Shown here: in pieces, positions 1 to 11,850 of the stretch | How positions within the stretch are numbered: the stretch's first letter is position 1 | How the letters are laid out: each line of letters begins with the position of its first letter | DNA from: Heptranchias perlo | Lineage: Eukaryota | Assembly: GCF_035084215.1 (NCBI RefSeq) | Contig: NC_090347.1 | Span: forward strand, 16,554,001 to 16,618,000 | DNA length: 64,000 nucleotides | Direction: 5' to 3' | Position numbers and translations under genes: made by a program | The notes under the pieces: generated by a model | Database searches by the model: none | What the model was told of the DNA's origin: nothing | Seen by the model: only the letters and a program-made list of their open reading frames with translations

Positions 1-46
1 GTGGGGATGCGAGGTCTGTCAAGACACAGACTGTGTCGCCACTGAC

Positions 47-290
47 ATCAGGAGTAGTAGTATCAAATCTTTATCAACAGCAGTATTAGAAATACCAGTA
101 TCATATCTGTATCAACAGTGGTATCACGAGTATTAGTATCAGATCTATATCAACCCTGTTATCAGGAGTACCAGCAATGGATCTGTATCAACCCTGGTAT
201 GAGTTGCAACATTATCAGGTATGTATTAACATTGGTTTTGAGAGTGTTACTGATTCAGCACTGATATTGTAAAAGTATCAGCACCAGGTA
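47..290. repeat. Degenerate ~38-bp minisatellite (ATCAGGAGTA..GTATCA.ATCTGTATCAAC...GT), about 5-6 copies
   Basis: GTATCA/TATCAAC motifs recur with a 38-nt period. Confidence 0.6.
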
Positions 291-519
291 TATATATCAT
301 TTGGGGTTTGAGTAAGGATGTTGGCGGAGGCAGATATTAAGGGGTAAAGGTAGCTGAACTATAGTGAAAATGTTATGAAGGAGGTGAATGAGAAGTTTCC
401 TACCTGTACCTGTATTCTTACCTGCATGTAAAGAACGCTTAGCCTTAATGAAGGTAGCAATGGAAAAGCTTCTGTTAGACAACAAAGTCTGTAACGGGAC
501 ATAGAATGAGAAGTATGCC

Positions 520-820
520 CCAAGTTTAAAAATAAGGGGTCTCCCATTTAAGACGGAGATGAGAAGAATTTTTTTCTCTCGGAGGGTCGTGAGTCTATGG
601 AACTCCCTTCCCCAGAGAGCGGTGGAGGCAGGATCATTGAATATTTTTAAGGCGGAGTTAGATAGATTCCTAATTAACAAGGGAGTCAAAGGTTATAGTA
701 GGTAGACAAGAAAGTAGGGTTGAGGTCACAATCAGATCAGCCATGATCTTATCAAATGGCAGAGCAGGCTCGAGAGGCCAAATGGCCTACTCCTGCTCTT
801 AATTCTTACGTTCGTATGTA
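520..820 (+). mobile_element. CR1 LINE 3' end (ORF2 C-terminus plus 3'UTR)
   Basis: Encodes an ...FFSRRVVSLWNSLP-like end; the 3'UTR has GATCAGCCATGATCTT...GGCTCGAG...GGCCTACTCCTGCTC and a short repeat tail shared with other CR1 copies here. Confidence 0.85.
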
Positions 821-864
821 AGTTACGTATGATATTGATTCTTATTTTGCATTTTGTTCTGTAG

Positions 865-947
865 ATCTCTGGCAGTCGGTACAAACTCTGGCTATAAACT
901 TTTCTCTTTGGCTTCGGTGGACAGATTGGAGGAAATCTATAAATGCA
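865..947 (+). CDS. WIPI1: WIPI1 coding exon 2 ([27 protein letters not shown])
   Basis: ttttgttctgtag acceptor, gtgagt donor, 83 nt; matches the WIPI1/2 N-terminal blade; phase joins the exon at 25951. Confidence 0.9.
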
Positions 948-1679
948 GTGAGTGCCAGTTCCTTTAAAGTTATTCTATCCTTTATTAACCTTTTAGAACT
1001 GAATACCATTGCCATTTGTAATCCATGCTTTCTCTTGAAAGATTTTCTGTAAATGTCTAATATTTGTGGTATATGAAATAACACAATGTACATGATTCTA
1101 GGTTATTTTTTGTGGCACAACATCAATGTTTTAAAAATAGTCAGACTCATATGGTACAAAGGTAGAGAAGTAGCGCCTCTCCAGAAATGTCACTTATTTT
1201 TCTTGTTTTCATTGTATTATAACAGAAAGTGCCTGAAAGTATTCCACACATGCTGACTAAAATGAAGGATAGAGTATTGTGTTTTAGTTTGGTTGGGGTA
1301 TTTTATTGTGGTCATGAAGGTTGTCAATGCTGGGGAATGGAACAAGTTTCCATTTTTTAGCACCCCAGTATCAAACTTTTCAAGGTAAACTGTAACATGT
1401 CCAGAAATAGAGTACACCCTTTTCTGCTCTGCCCCCAAAATATGCCAAATTGCCAAGTTCAGAAGGGCACCAGTACAAATTTCTTCATACCAGCCAATTT
1501 TGTGTTTGAGACTGGCCAAACTCTCAATTGACAGAAAAAGACAATGTTCAACACACCTCAAGCACTCAGTCTATAAGGTAGATCACTATCACCTTATCCA
1601 AACAGGTGAAGAATAAACATAAAAGTACAAAGATCCTGAGCAATATTGAAAGAAACAAAATAATGTGGGGGTGCTGTGT

Positions 1680-1763
1680 GTGGCGGGGAGGGGGGGGGTG
1701 GTGGCGGGGAGGGGGGGGGTGGTGGCGGGGAGGGGGGGGGTGGTGGCGGGGAGGGGGGGGGTG
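1680..1763 (+). repeat. G-rich 21-bp tandem repeat (GTGGCGGGGAGGGGGGGGGTG)x4 running into an assembly gap
   Basis: Four exact copies seen directly. Confidence 0.9.
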
Positions 1764-2026
1764 NNNNNNNNNNNNNNNNNNNNNNNNNNNNNNNNNNNNN
1801 NNNNNNNNNNNNNNNNNNNNNNNNNNNNNNNNNNNNNNNNNNNNNNNNNNNNNNNNNNNNNNNNNNNNNNNNNNNNNNNNNNNNNNNNNNNNNNNNNNNN
1901 NNNNNNNNNNNNNNNNNNNNNNNNNNNNNNNNNNNNNNNNNNNNNNNNNNNNNNNNNNNNNNNNNNNNNNNNNNNNNNNNNNNNNNNNNNNNNNNNNNNN
2001 NNNNNNNNNNNNNNNNNNNNNNNNNN
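1764..2026. other. Assembly gap (263 N)
   Basis: Run of N. Confidence 1.
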
Positions 2027-2829
2027 GGAAGCTGAACTTAACTTTCTACTTTGTTGAATGTTTTTATTAATGTACTTCGGCACATAACAAACAAGTGGAG
2101 GCAATTGCCTAACTAAATTCCATGGTTGGTAACTGCTCCTTTGGAGGATGATAAAAGTGAAGGCAGGAAAGTGTAAAACTGCCGATGGCAAGTTAATCCA
2201 AATGCCACTCAACAAAGAACCAGAGTTTCAAGAGTCCAGTTTACCTGTATACACACCAATGAGTGGTGACTCAACTACAGGCACTTTTACCCAATATGAA
2301 TGAGGTCAAGCTGCAGTTCATAGTGTAAACATGCCCAGCTCTCTTATCCTGATGGCGTTGTAGGCCCATGAAAACTTGGGTCTGCAATTCTGCCACTGAG
2401 ATGGGGAACCAGTTTAGCAATGTAAATTAGTGCTGTCTGTGTGGCTCCATATTAAAATGGGGTCCAGCACGCCCACTGAGACTGGCCCTGCTCTGTCAAT
2501 GTAAAAACGGGAGAGTGGTGCACAGATGTCACTCTCACAAAACTAGATGTAGTGCAACCATAAAGGTAAAAGCAGCATATGTTTATCTGGAGAATAATCC
2601 CCTGTTAATGACTTAGTTGCTCACAGATACTTTTTTCTCACAATGGACCACTTCCACAAACAAGCCCTTACTCCCCATGTCAAAGTATGATCTTATGTGT
2701 AAAGTATCTGATGATGTAGGATGGCTGGGTGAACATTAAACTCCTTATGATCACTGGAAATAGTATCTCTGAACCTTTCCAACTGGTCATAAATAACACG
2801 CTGACAGATGGTATATCTCAGGCTACAAA

Positions 2830-4713
2830 CTAGAATCATAGATCATAGAAGTTTACAACATGGAAACAGGCCCTTCGGCCCAACATGTCCATGTCGCCCA
2901 ATTTATACCACTAAGCTAGTCCCAATTGCCTGCACTTGGCCCATATCCCTCTATACCCATCTTACCCATGTAACTGTCCAAATGCTTTTTAAAAGACAAA
3001 ATTGTACCCGCCTCTACTACTGCCTCTGGCAGCTCGTTCCAGACACTCACCACCCTTTGAGTGAAAAAATTGCCCCTCTGGACCCTTTTGTATCTCTCCC
3101 CTCTCACCTTAAATCTATGTCCCCTCGTTATAGACACCCCTACCTTTGGGAAAAGATTTTGACTATCTACCTTATCTATGCCCCTCATTATTTTATAGAC
3201 TTCTATAAGATCACCCCTCAACCTCCTACTCTCCAGGAAAAAAAGTCCCAGTCTATCTAACCTCTCCCTATAAGTCAAACCATCAAGTCCCGGCAGCATC
3301 CTAGTAAATCTTTTCTGCACTCTTTCTAGTTTAATAATATCCTTTCTATAATAGGGTGACCAGAACTGTACACAGTATTCCAAGTGTGGCCTAACTAATG
3401 TATTGTACAACTTCAACAAGACATCCCAACTCCTGTATTCAATGTTCTGACCAATGAAACCAAGCAAGCTGAATGCCTTCTTCACCACCCTATCCACCTG
3501 TGACTCCACTTTCAAGGAGCTATGAACCTGTACTCCTAGATCTCTTTGTTCTATAACTCTCCCCAACGCCCTACCATTAATGGAGTAGGTCCTGGCCCGA
3601 TTCGATCTCCCAAAATGCATCACCTCACATTTATCTAAATTAAACTCCATCTGCCATTCATCGGCCCACTGGCCCAATTTATCAAGATCCCGTTGCAATC
3701 CTAGATAACCTTCTTCACTGTCCACGATGCCACCAATCTTGGTGTCATCTGCAAACTTACTAACCATGCCTCCTAAATTCTCATCCAAATCATTAATATA
3801 AATAACAAATAACAGCGGACCCAGCACCGATCCCTGAGGCACACCGCTGGTCACAGGCCTCCAATTTGAAAAACAACCCTCTACACCCACCCTCTGTCTT
3901 CTGTCGTCAAGCCAATGTTGTATCCAATTGGCTACCTCACCTTGGATCCCGTGAGATTTAACCTTATGTAACAACCTACCATGCGGTACCTTGTCAAAGG
4001 CTTTGCTAAAGATCATGTAGACCACGTCTACTGCACAGCCCTCATCTATCTTCTTGGTTACCCCTTCAAAAAACTCAATCAAATTCGTGAGACATGATTT
4101 TCCTCTCACAAAACCATGCTGACTGTTCCTAATCAGTCCCTGCCTCTCCAAATGCCCGTAGATCCTGTCTCTCAGAATACCCTCTAACAACTTACCCACT
4201 ACAGATGTCAGGCTCACCGGTCTGTAGTTCCCAGGCTTTTCCCTGCCGCCCTTCTTAAACAAAGGCACAACATTTGCTACCCTCCAATCTTCAGGCACCT
4301 CACCTGTAGCGGTGGATGATTCAAATATCTCTGCTAGGGGACCCGCAATTTCCTCCCTAACCTCCCATAACGTCCTGGGATACATTTCATCAGGTCCCGG
4401 AGATTTATCTACCTTGATGCGCGTTAAGACTTCCAGCACCTCCCTCTCTGTAATATGTACACTCCTCAAGACATCACTATTTATTTCCCCAAGTTCCCTA
4501 ACATCCATGCCTTTCTCAACCGTAAATACCGATGCGAAATATTCATTTAGGATCTCACCCATCTCTTGTGGTTCCGCACATAGATGACCTTGTTGATCCT
4601 TCAGAGGCCCTACTTTCTCCCTAGTTACTCTTTTGCCCTTTATGTATTTGTAGAAGCTCTTTGGATTCACCTTTGCCTTATCTGCCAAAGCAATCTCATG
4701 TCCCCTTTTTGCC
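2830..4713 (-). mobile_element. 5'-truncated young CR1 LINE; uninterrupted 590-aa RT-domain ORF (2916-4688)
   Basis: RT motifs (NYRPVSLTS, QHGF, GVPQGSVLGP, FADD, RPHLEYC, WNELP); repeat tail at the left end; candidate 7-bp TSD CTACAAA at 2823-2829 and 4714-4720. Confidence 0.95.
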
Positions 4714-5291
4714 CTACAAATCAGATCTATTAAGAAATAAAATTAGCAAAAACAAAAGTCAAATAACAGAAGGAAGATAAATCATAGTGGTTCACTTAAT
4801 TTACAAAGCTGATTTTAAAATAATAAAATTACTCAAAATGTAAATGATTCTTCACAACTTGGAACAAGCTACAGTGAGGTAAAGCTTATACATGAAATTG
4901 GATATTTCCGAGTGTTTCCACTAGCTTCTGCTTCTTCAACGGCCTGGCAAGGCAGCTAATCACCAGGTTATAATACCTCATGTAATTGTAAGAACACTGG
5001 GTTCCAGTATCCCAACAACTATATGCAAAGGAATCAGACCCTCATTTTCCCCCTACTAAGGAACCATCTGGGGTTTTACCATCCAGTTTTAGGTTTAGGA
5101 GTAAGTGCTGCCTAAGTCAGCTCGCCAAACTGCCCTTACATTAACCAGTTCGGATTGAAATGAATTTATTTTACCAGCCCTCTGTTAGGATGCCCACAAG
5201 CTGCTGAGTGAGTGCGTTAACTCTTTCTTGCCAAATTATCAAAGTCCACAAGTCAGGCCACAAATGATACACTAACAACTATTTACAAAAT

Positions 5292-8200
5292 CAACAACAA
5301 CTTGCATTTATATAGTGCCTTTAACGTAGGAAAAGTCCAAAGGCACTTCACAGGAGTGTAATCAGACAAAAATTGATATTAAGCCAAAGAGGGAGACATT
5401 AGGATGGGTGACTAAAAGCTTGGTCAAAGGGGTAGGTTTTAAGGATTATCTTAAAGGAGGAGAGAGAAGTGTAGAGGCAGAGAGGTTTAGGGAGGGAATT
5501 CCAGAGCTTAGCACCTAGATGGCTGAAGGCACAGCCGCCAATGGTGGGGCGAAGGAAGTGGGGGATGCACAAGAGGTCAGAGTTGGAGGAATGCAGAAAT
5601 CTTGGAGGGTTGTAGGGCTGGAGGAGGGGCGAGGCCATGGAGGGATTTGAACATAAGAATGAATATTTTAAAATCGAGGTGTTGTTGGATCGGGAGCCAG
5701 TGCACATCAGTAAGCACAGGGGTGATGGGACTTGGTGCAGGTTAGGATACAGGCAGCAGAGTTTTGGATGAGCTCAAGTTTATGGGACGTGGAAGACGGT
5801 AGGCCGGTAGGTGAGCATTGGAATAGTCGAATCTGGAGGTAACAATAGCCTGGATGAAGGTTTCAGCGACAGATAAGCTGAAGCAAATGTGGAGACGGGC
5901 GAAGTTACGGATGTGGAAGTAGGCAGTCTTTGTGATGGAGTAGATATGGGGTCGGAAGCTCAGCTCAGGGTCAAATAGGACCCGAGGTTGCGAACACTGT
6001 GACTCAACTTGAGACAGTGGCAAGGGAGGGGGATAGAATCAGTAGCGAGGGAACAGAGTTTGTGGCGAGGGCCAAAGCTGACGGCTTCACTATTTCTAAT
6101 GTTTAATTGGAGGAAATTGCGGCTCATCCAGGACTGTCTGTCTGTCAGATCAGCAGTCTGACAACACAGAGGCAGTGGAGGTCTTGAGAGAAGTGGTGGT
6201 GAGGTAGAGCTGGGTGTTGTCAGCAGCGTGTGGAACCTTGTGACATGTCTCTGGATGATCCAGAGGGCAGCATGTAGATGAGAAATAGGAGGGGGCCAAG
6301 GATAGATCCTTGGGGGACTCCAGAGGGTGCGGGGGCGGGAAGAGAAGCCATTACAGGAAATTCTCTGGCTATGACAGGATAGGTAAGAGTGGAACCAGGC
6401 GAGGGCAGTCCCACTCAGCTGGACAACGGAGGAGAGGCGTTGGAGGTGGATGGTGTGGTCAACCGTGTCAAATACTGCAGACAGGTCAGGAAGGATGAGG
6501 AGGGATAGTGCACCATGGTCACAATCACATAGGATTTAATTTGTGACTTTGATTAAGACCGTTTCAGTGCTGAGGCAGGGCGGAAACCTGATTAGAGAGT
6601 TTCAAACATGGAGTTGCGGGAAACATGGCCATGGATTTGGGAGGAGAAAACACGTTCGTGGACTTTGAAGAGGAGAGGGAAGTTGGAGATTGAGCAAGGA
6701 CAAACCGATCAAGGGTAGGTTTTTTTAAGAGGGGGTGATGACGACAGATTTGAAAGGGAGCGGGACAGTATCTGAGGAGAGGGACTGGTTAACAATATCA
6801 GCTAACATGAGGGCCAGGATTAGGGCAGGGGGAAACTTGGAGAAAGCTTGGATTGGTGGGCAAGGGGGAGGGAGGGATGCAACAGAGGCAGCTGAACGAA
6901 TAGCCTCAATCTTAGTGACAAAGAATCCATTAGCTCTTCGCATGTTGTTGGAGGTGAGGGTGTTAGGACCAGGGGAGAGTGGTGTGAGGAGACAGTTAAT
7001 AGTGGAGAAAAGAAGCCGTGGGTTATCTTTGCATTTCAAGATGATCCTGGAGTAGTGAGCAGTTTTGGCAGAGAAGAGCAAGGCCGGATAGTGCTTGATG
7101 TGGTCCACCCAGATCTGGCAACGAATGGCTAAACCAGTTGTGCACCAGGTACACTCAAGTCTGGACCCCTTGGACTTAATGGATTGAAAATGGGGGCCAT
7201 ACCAGGGGGAACGACCAGGGTGGGAGAGAGTAATGGTTTTCTGGGGACAAGGATATCAAAGGCGGAGGTGAGGGTGTGATTGAGCAGATCGATCGCTGCA
7301 GAAGTATTGTGGCGAATGGGGGGCCAAAGGCTAGACAGTTGGGAGTTTGAAAGTGCCATTGTAAGTGACTTGGGGGAGAGATTTTTCCAGGATCGGATGC
7401 AAAAGGGGATTGGAAGGGGAAAGAGGGATGTCAGCGGTGAGAGATACAAGGAGGTGACGGCCTTGTCTGTGATTGAGATGATCGAAATAGAGAGGCCAGG
7501 TGAAATGACAAGATCGAGTGGGTCGCTGTGACTATGGGTAGGTGAGTTTATATGGAGGGAGAGGTTAAGCGAGGACGGGGGGCAGTGAACTCAGGAGAGA
7601 GGACAAGGTGAGTTGAGAAGGAGGTCGAAATAATTGAAAATGAAAAGTCACTTGGTGCTGAGGCTGAGGAGGGAAAGCAGTATCTCGGTGAGAATCTTGA
7701 CATGGTACTTGGTTGGGCGGTAGAGAATGAGAATTTTAAAGGAGATGCGAGAGGGGTGGAACAAGGTGGGGTGTTCAAAGGAGGAGAAGGTGCCAGGGGA
7801 GTAGGGCAACAGACCAAGGTGAGATTTGGTAATAAGGTCCACACCGCCACTGTGATGATTTGGGCAGGACATGTGGTGGAAGGTATAGCCAGTTGGGGAG
7901 GCTTCAGTAAGGAGCAAGATGTAATCACCCGTAAGACAAGTTTCCATCAAGGCCATGATGTCAATGCAGTCATCCATAATAAGGTCATTGATGGGAATGG
8001 AGTTGTTTGCAAGTGTACGGACATTCTGGAGAGAGATGCGGAGAGGGGCGGTGATTGTTGACCCGCTGGCAGTGTCCAGGGGAGGTGGGATGAGTGGGCC
8101 GGGAAGGAGGTTGTCAAGATTAGCTCCCAATGAGTGTGCTGGGTTGGAAGAACGGCGAGAGAGTAGGATGGGACAGTTGGGGTTGCTGCTCATAAGAAGG

Positions 8201-8500
8201 CAGCAACAAGTGCCTCAATGGCCCCTTTGGAGAATATTGAGAGAGGCACAAAGGGAAGCTGTGGGCTTATCCAAGAGGGAATCAAGTCTGGGATGGCAGC
8301 AGGAGAGTAGGAAAGTCGAGCAATAGTGAAAGGTTGGGGGTGGGGGGGAATGCAAAGTGCCCTAGAAGGGAGCAATTAAAGGAAGCATGACTGGGTGACA
8401 GGAAAGAAGGGCCCAAGAGGAGCAAAGAGAAGAGAAAGAAAAGGGAGGTAGAAGTATTGGGCTCGGGTCCAGAACAGCAGCTAAAATGTGCACACAAATG
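5292..8500 (-). mobile_element. Degenerate L2-clade LINE (APE endonuclease, RT remnants and 3' tail)
   Basis: ORF fragments LQNVRTL..DIMALMETCL (EN), SGVPQGSILGPLLFLIYML, TSRFDYSNA, LWNSLP; tail AAAGGCACTATATAAATGCAAGTTGTTGTTG on the minus strand; many frameshifts; 5' boundary approximate. Confidence 0.85.
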
Positions 8501-9887
8501 GACACGGGAAATTCAGGTTACAGAGGAATGGTAAAGATTAGAATAGATAGAAATGGACTTCGGCCCAGGAGAAGTGGATTTCTCTCGATGGCCCACACAG
8601 CAGCAAAATAAAGCTGAGAAACCAACAGTGCACTGAAATACAGTCAGAAGCTCAATAGGTGGGGGGGTGGTGGGCTATAGGCTGGAAAAAAATAGCTTTA
8701 AAAACTAGTTTGCATCAAGATTCCTCATGGGTTTTTTCCCACACAAATGGGGAGATGCGACATCTTTATGTCTCATTAGTGTTAGTTGAAATGTTAGTTT
8801 TCCAAATGGTTTCACAACACCATTAATGCCTTGTGTATACACAAACCTTCCTGGTGTAAATTAAGTTAGAGGTTTTATGGCTTGATTATCTGGGAACTTC
8901 CACGGCTTGACCCACCTGAGAAAGCTATTAGCTTAGCCACATCCCAGCATTCAGTTCAACAGCTGAACTCTATTTTAAGCATGCCGCTTTCAAGCTAAGA
9001 CTCCATTTTAGGCACATTTCAGGCAGTTTACAGGGCATTTCCCCCACGAATCAGTAATTTACGGGGCACTGTTCACAGTGTCTCTTTCAAAACAATGAAG
9101 GTAAAGAATTCTTTAGCAGCTCTCTGCAGTACTTTAAACAACTTGTGTCCTTGATAAAATGCTTTTATGTGAAAACTGATGGAGTCCTGTACTTGCCTCC
9201 ACCCCAGCAGTAGCACCATGCAAAAGGGAACAGATGAACTGGGAAAAGCCTGAGACACTTATACCTAAATCGGGCAGCTTTGGTCTACAGAGCTGTCAGT
9301 CCAAAATATATCTCAAAGGTATCAGAGCCTATTTTTCCCAGGACCACTCTGGGCTGTGCATCTGATAACCACGACTTCCTTTTGAGACAGCTAATGTAGC
9401 TGGTGCTTTTTCAAAGGCTGGGTATAATAGTACATGAAATCGATTGTAAATCTGGGAAGAGCAGAGCCCCAATCCATATCAATCGTTTCTATCGCCTTCT
9501 CTCAACTATTGCCCAACTATTCATTCTACCTGTGTGGCTCCCATCTACACATGCCCTTATATTTAATTGACAACATCAGAGAAGAAAAGGAACTTAAAAG
9601 ACACCGGGGGTTAAATTGGTTTACCCTCTGAAAAGGGGCGCTTAGATCGCGGTGTGCGATTAACCTGCACCCGGTTGTTAAGATTCGTGCTGCCTGATGA
9701 TTTCAACGATAGCTGTGTGCAGCCAGTGCTACCTGCGCTGTTGATTGGCTGCGCAAACCAGCAGGGGGCCCCGATATTGGGAGTGGCTAGCACTACTTAA
9801 AGGCAGCCTGCATCTCTTAAAAGGGAGGTGCACTGTGGCTGCAGGAAGTGCTTTGGGAAGCGAATCTGTGGTGGAATATGCTGAAGA

Positions 9888-11850
9888 CTGGCTGCGCCGG
9901 CAGCAAGACAGCATGTACCAAGGTTCCCGGACGGTGCACTAGAGGCCCTGGTGGAAGTGGTTGATAGACAGAGGGCCATCCTATATCCGCAGAAGGGCAG
10001 GAGGCCCTCCAGACATATGCTGAAGAGCCAGTGGGAGGCTGTGATGGACGAGGTCAATACCAGGAGCGTCATACCACGCACATGGATGCAGTGCAGGAAG
10101 AAGTTCAATGATTTGACATGAGTGGTCAAGATGAATGAGTTCAAGTTTCAAGTGACATATCCTACCAACTGCACCACTAGCCTCATCCACTGCTCCATGT
10201 ACTACTCCCCCCATCACCCACCTACCAACAAACTCTCAATCACTACTCAATCCTTCAAATCACATGCTGCATCTCACCCTCACACATTACCACTGTTGCA
10301 AGCTGCACACCCACAACTCACAGGTCTCACACACACTAGCAGCTATTCAACCATGACAGGCACATCACTCAAACACCTTTCAGGACACTCACTGACACAC
10401 TTCCCTCTTTCTTGCAGGAGAAGGTGGCGCACAACAGTAGGCAGCAGGAAAGAGGGAGGACAGGCACGCCTACATGTCCTCACCCCCAAGGAGGAGACAG
10501 TGCTGTCCAACATTGGACGGGCCATGGCCGAGGCCATGACCACTGGCAGTGCTGCAGGTATCGATGATAAGGGTCTTTGCAGACCTAATCCTCCTTCTCG
10601 CTTCCAACGTCTCCCTCATCCCACAATCTTTTCTGACTCACATGCTGCAGATGGTGTAAACACGCACTTCTTACTTTCTTCTCTCCCCTCACCTCAACTC
10701 AACCCGTGTTCCTTTGTCATTTCAGATACACAAGAACTGGAACCTGCACAGACAGAGGAGGCAGAGGCAGACAACAGTGATGATGAAAACACACCGTCAC
10801 TCAATCTTACACTCGCAGTCACCAATTCAGATACTGACACTGCCCGTAGTTTAGAGGCTAGGATAGAGGAGGGATCTGCACGTGGTGAGCCAGCGGGCAC
10901 AAGTGCACAGGAGCCGGGGTGGGGGGAACGGATACCGTAGGTGCCAGCTCACTGGAGGGCGAGGTCACACACTAGTTCTGCTGCAGAGGAGTCAGATGAT
11001 GACTTCGATGGGCCAGGCTACAGAAGGAGGCTGATGGGCGTACACAACTAAATGCTTGAAGCGCTGGAAAGCCTGCCAGAAAGCCTGCGCATAATGTTAA
11101 GGGGCATGGAGGAGTCCAGCTCCAACTTGGCACAGGGCTTTGTGCAGAGCTTAGAGCCCATCCTTTCCCACGTGGAACAGGTGGTCACCTCCATCAGCAC
11201 ACCTGTGGAACCCACCATGATGCAACGTCTGATGAACGATGTTGCAGTTCCATTGCAGCACAAACATCTGCCATCCAAGATCTGACTGCTGCTTTGGAAG
11301 CTAAGACTGCTGCTATCGTGGCTCTGGGTTCCACTGTGGGGCGGGGTTTCCAGGGGTGTCCCAGCACTCCAGCAATCTGTTCTCCAGCAGATCACCAGGA
11401 TTGCTGAGGCGCAGCCCCGGGATAGTGGCAGTAGTGCCATGGCAGACAAACCTGCTGTCCTCTCTCAGGATGACAGCATTCCTGTTCCCACCCCTGCCAC
11501 TTCACCAGTGCCCTTGCAGTTGCCTGTCAGCCAGCCAGGCCAGACTGCTGCAGCCCAAACCGAGATGGTGCAGTCTGAAGCCGGGCCCTCCCAACCCAGA
11601 GCTACTTGATGTCGTCCTCCGAGGCCATCTGCACGCTCCTCAGTTGAAGGTCAGCAGCCTTCCACCACCCATAGAACCATAGAAAAGATACAGCACAGAA
11701 AGGGGCCATTCGGCCCATTGTGTCTGCGCGGGCTCAAAGAACAACCAGGTGCTCATTCTAATCCCACCTTCCAGCACCCATGCTCCAACCACTGGGGAAG
11801 CATCTCGTAGAAGCACACGAACAACAGGCACTAAGGGTATGCACAAGGGT
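9888..11850 (+). pseudogene. Harbinger Myb/SANT (trihelix-like) DNA-binding protein gene, spliced and decayed
   Basis: 9888-10130 reads PRFPDGALEALVEVV...QWEAVMDEVNTRSVIPRTWMQCRKKFNDLT*VVK; further acceptors before 10418 (EKVAHN...GGQARLHVLTPKEE) and 10726; in-frame stops. Confidence 0.75.
11673..11774 (-). mobile_element. Tiny CR1 3'UTR insertion inside the Harbinger element
   Basis: CATAGAA-type tail and GGCCATTCGGCCC motif; flanked by CACCCAT at 11666-11672 and 11775-11781. Confidence 0.75.

Noticed and set aside
1589-2215. Gly-rich or Pro-rich ORFs spanning X runs
   Set aside because: Artefacts of the 21-bp G-rich repeat and the N gap
2808-4587. Plus-strand ORFs 2808-3260 and 4312-4587
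   Set aside because: Shadow ORFs antisense to the CR1 RT
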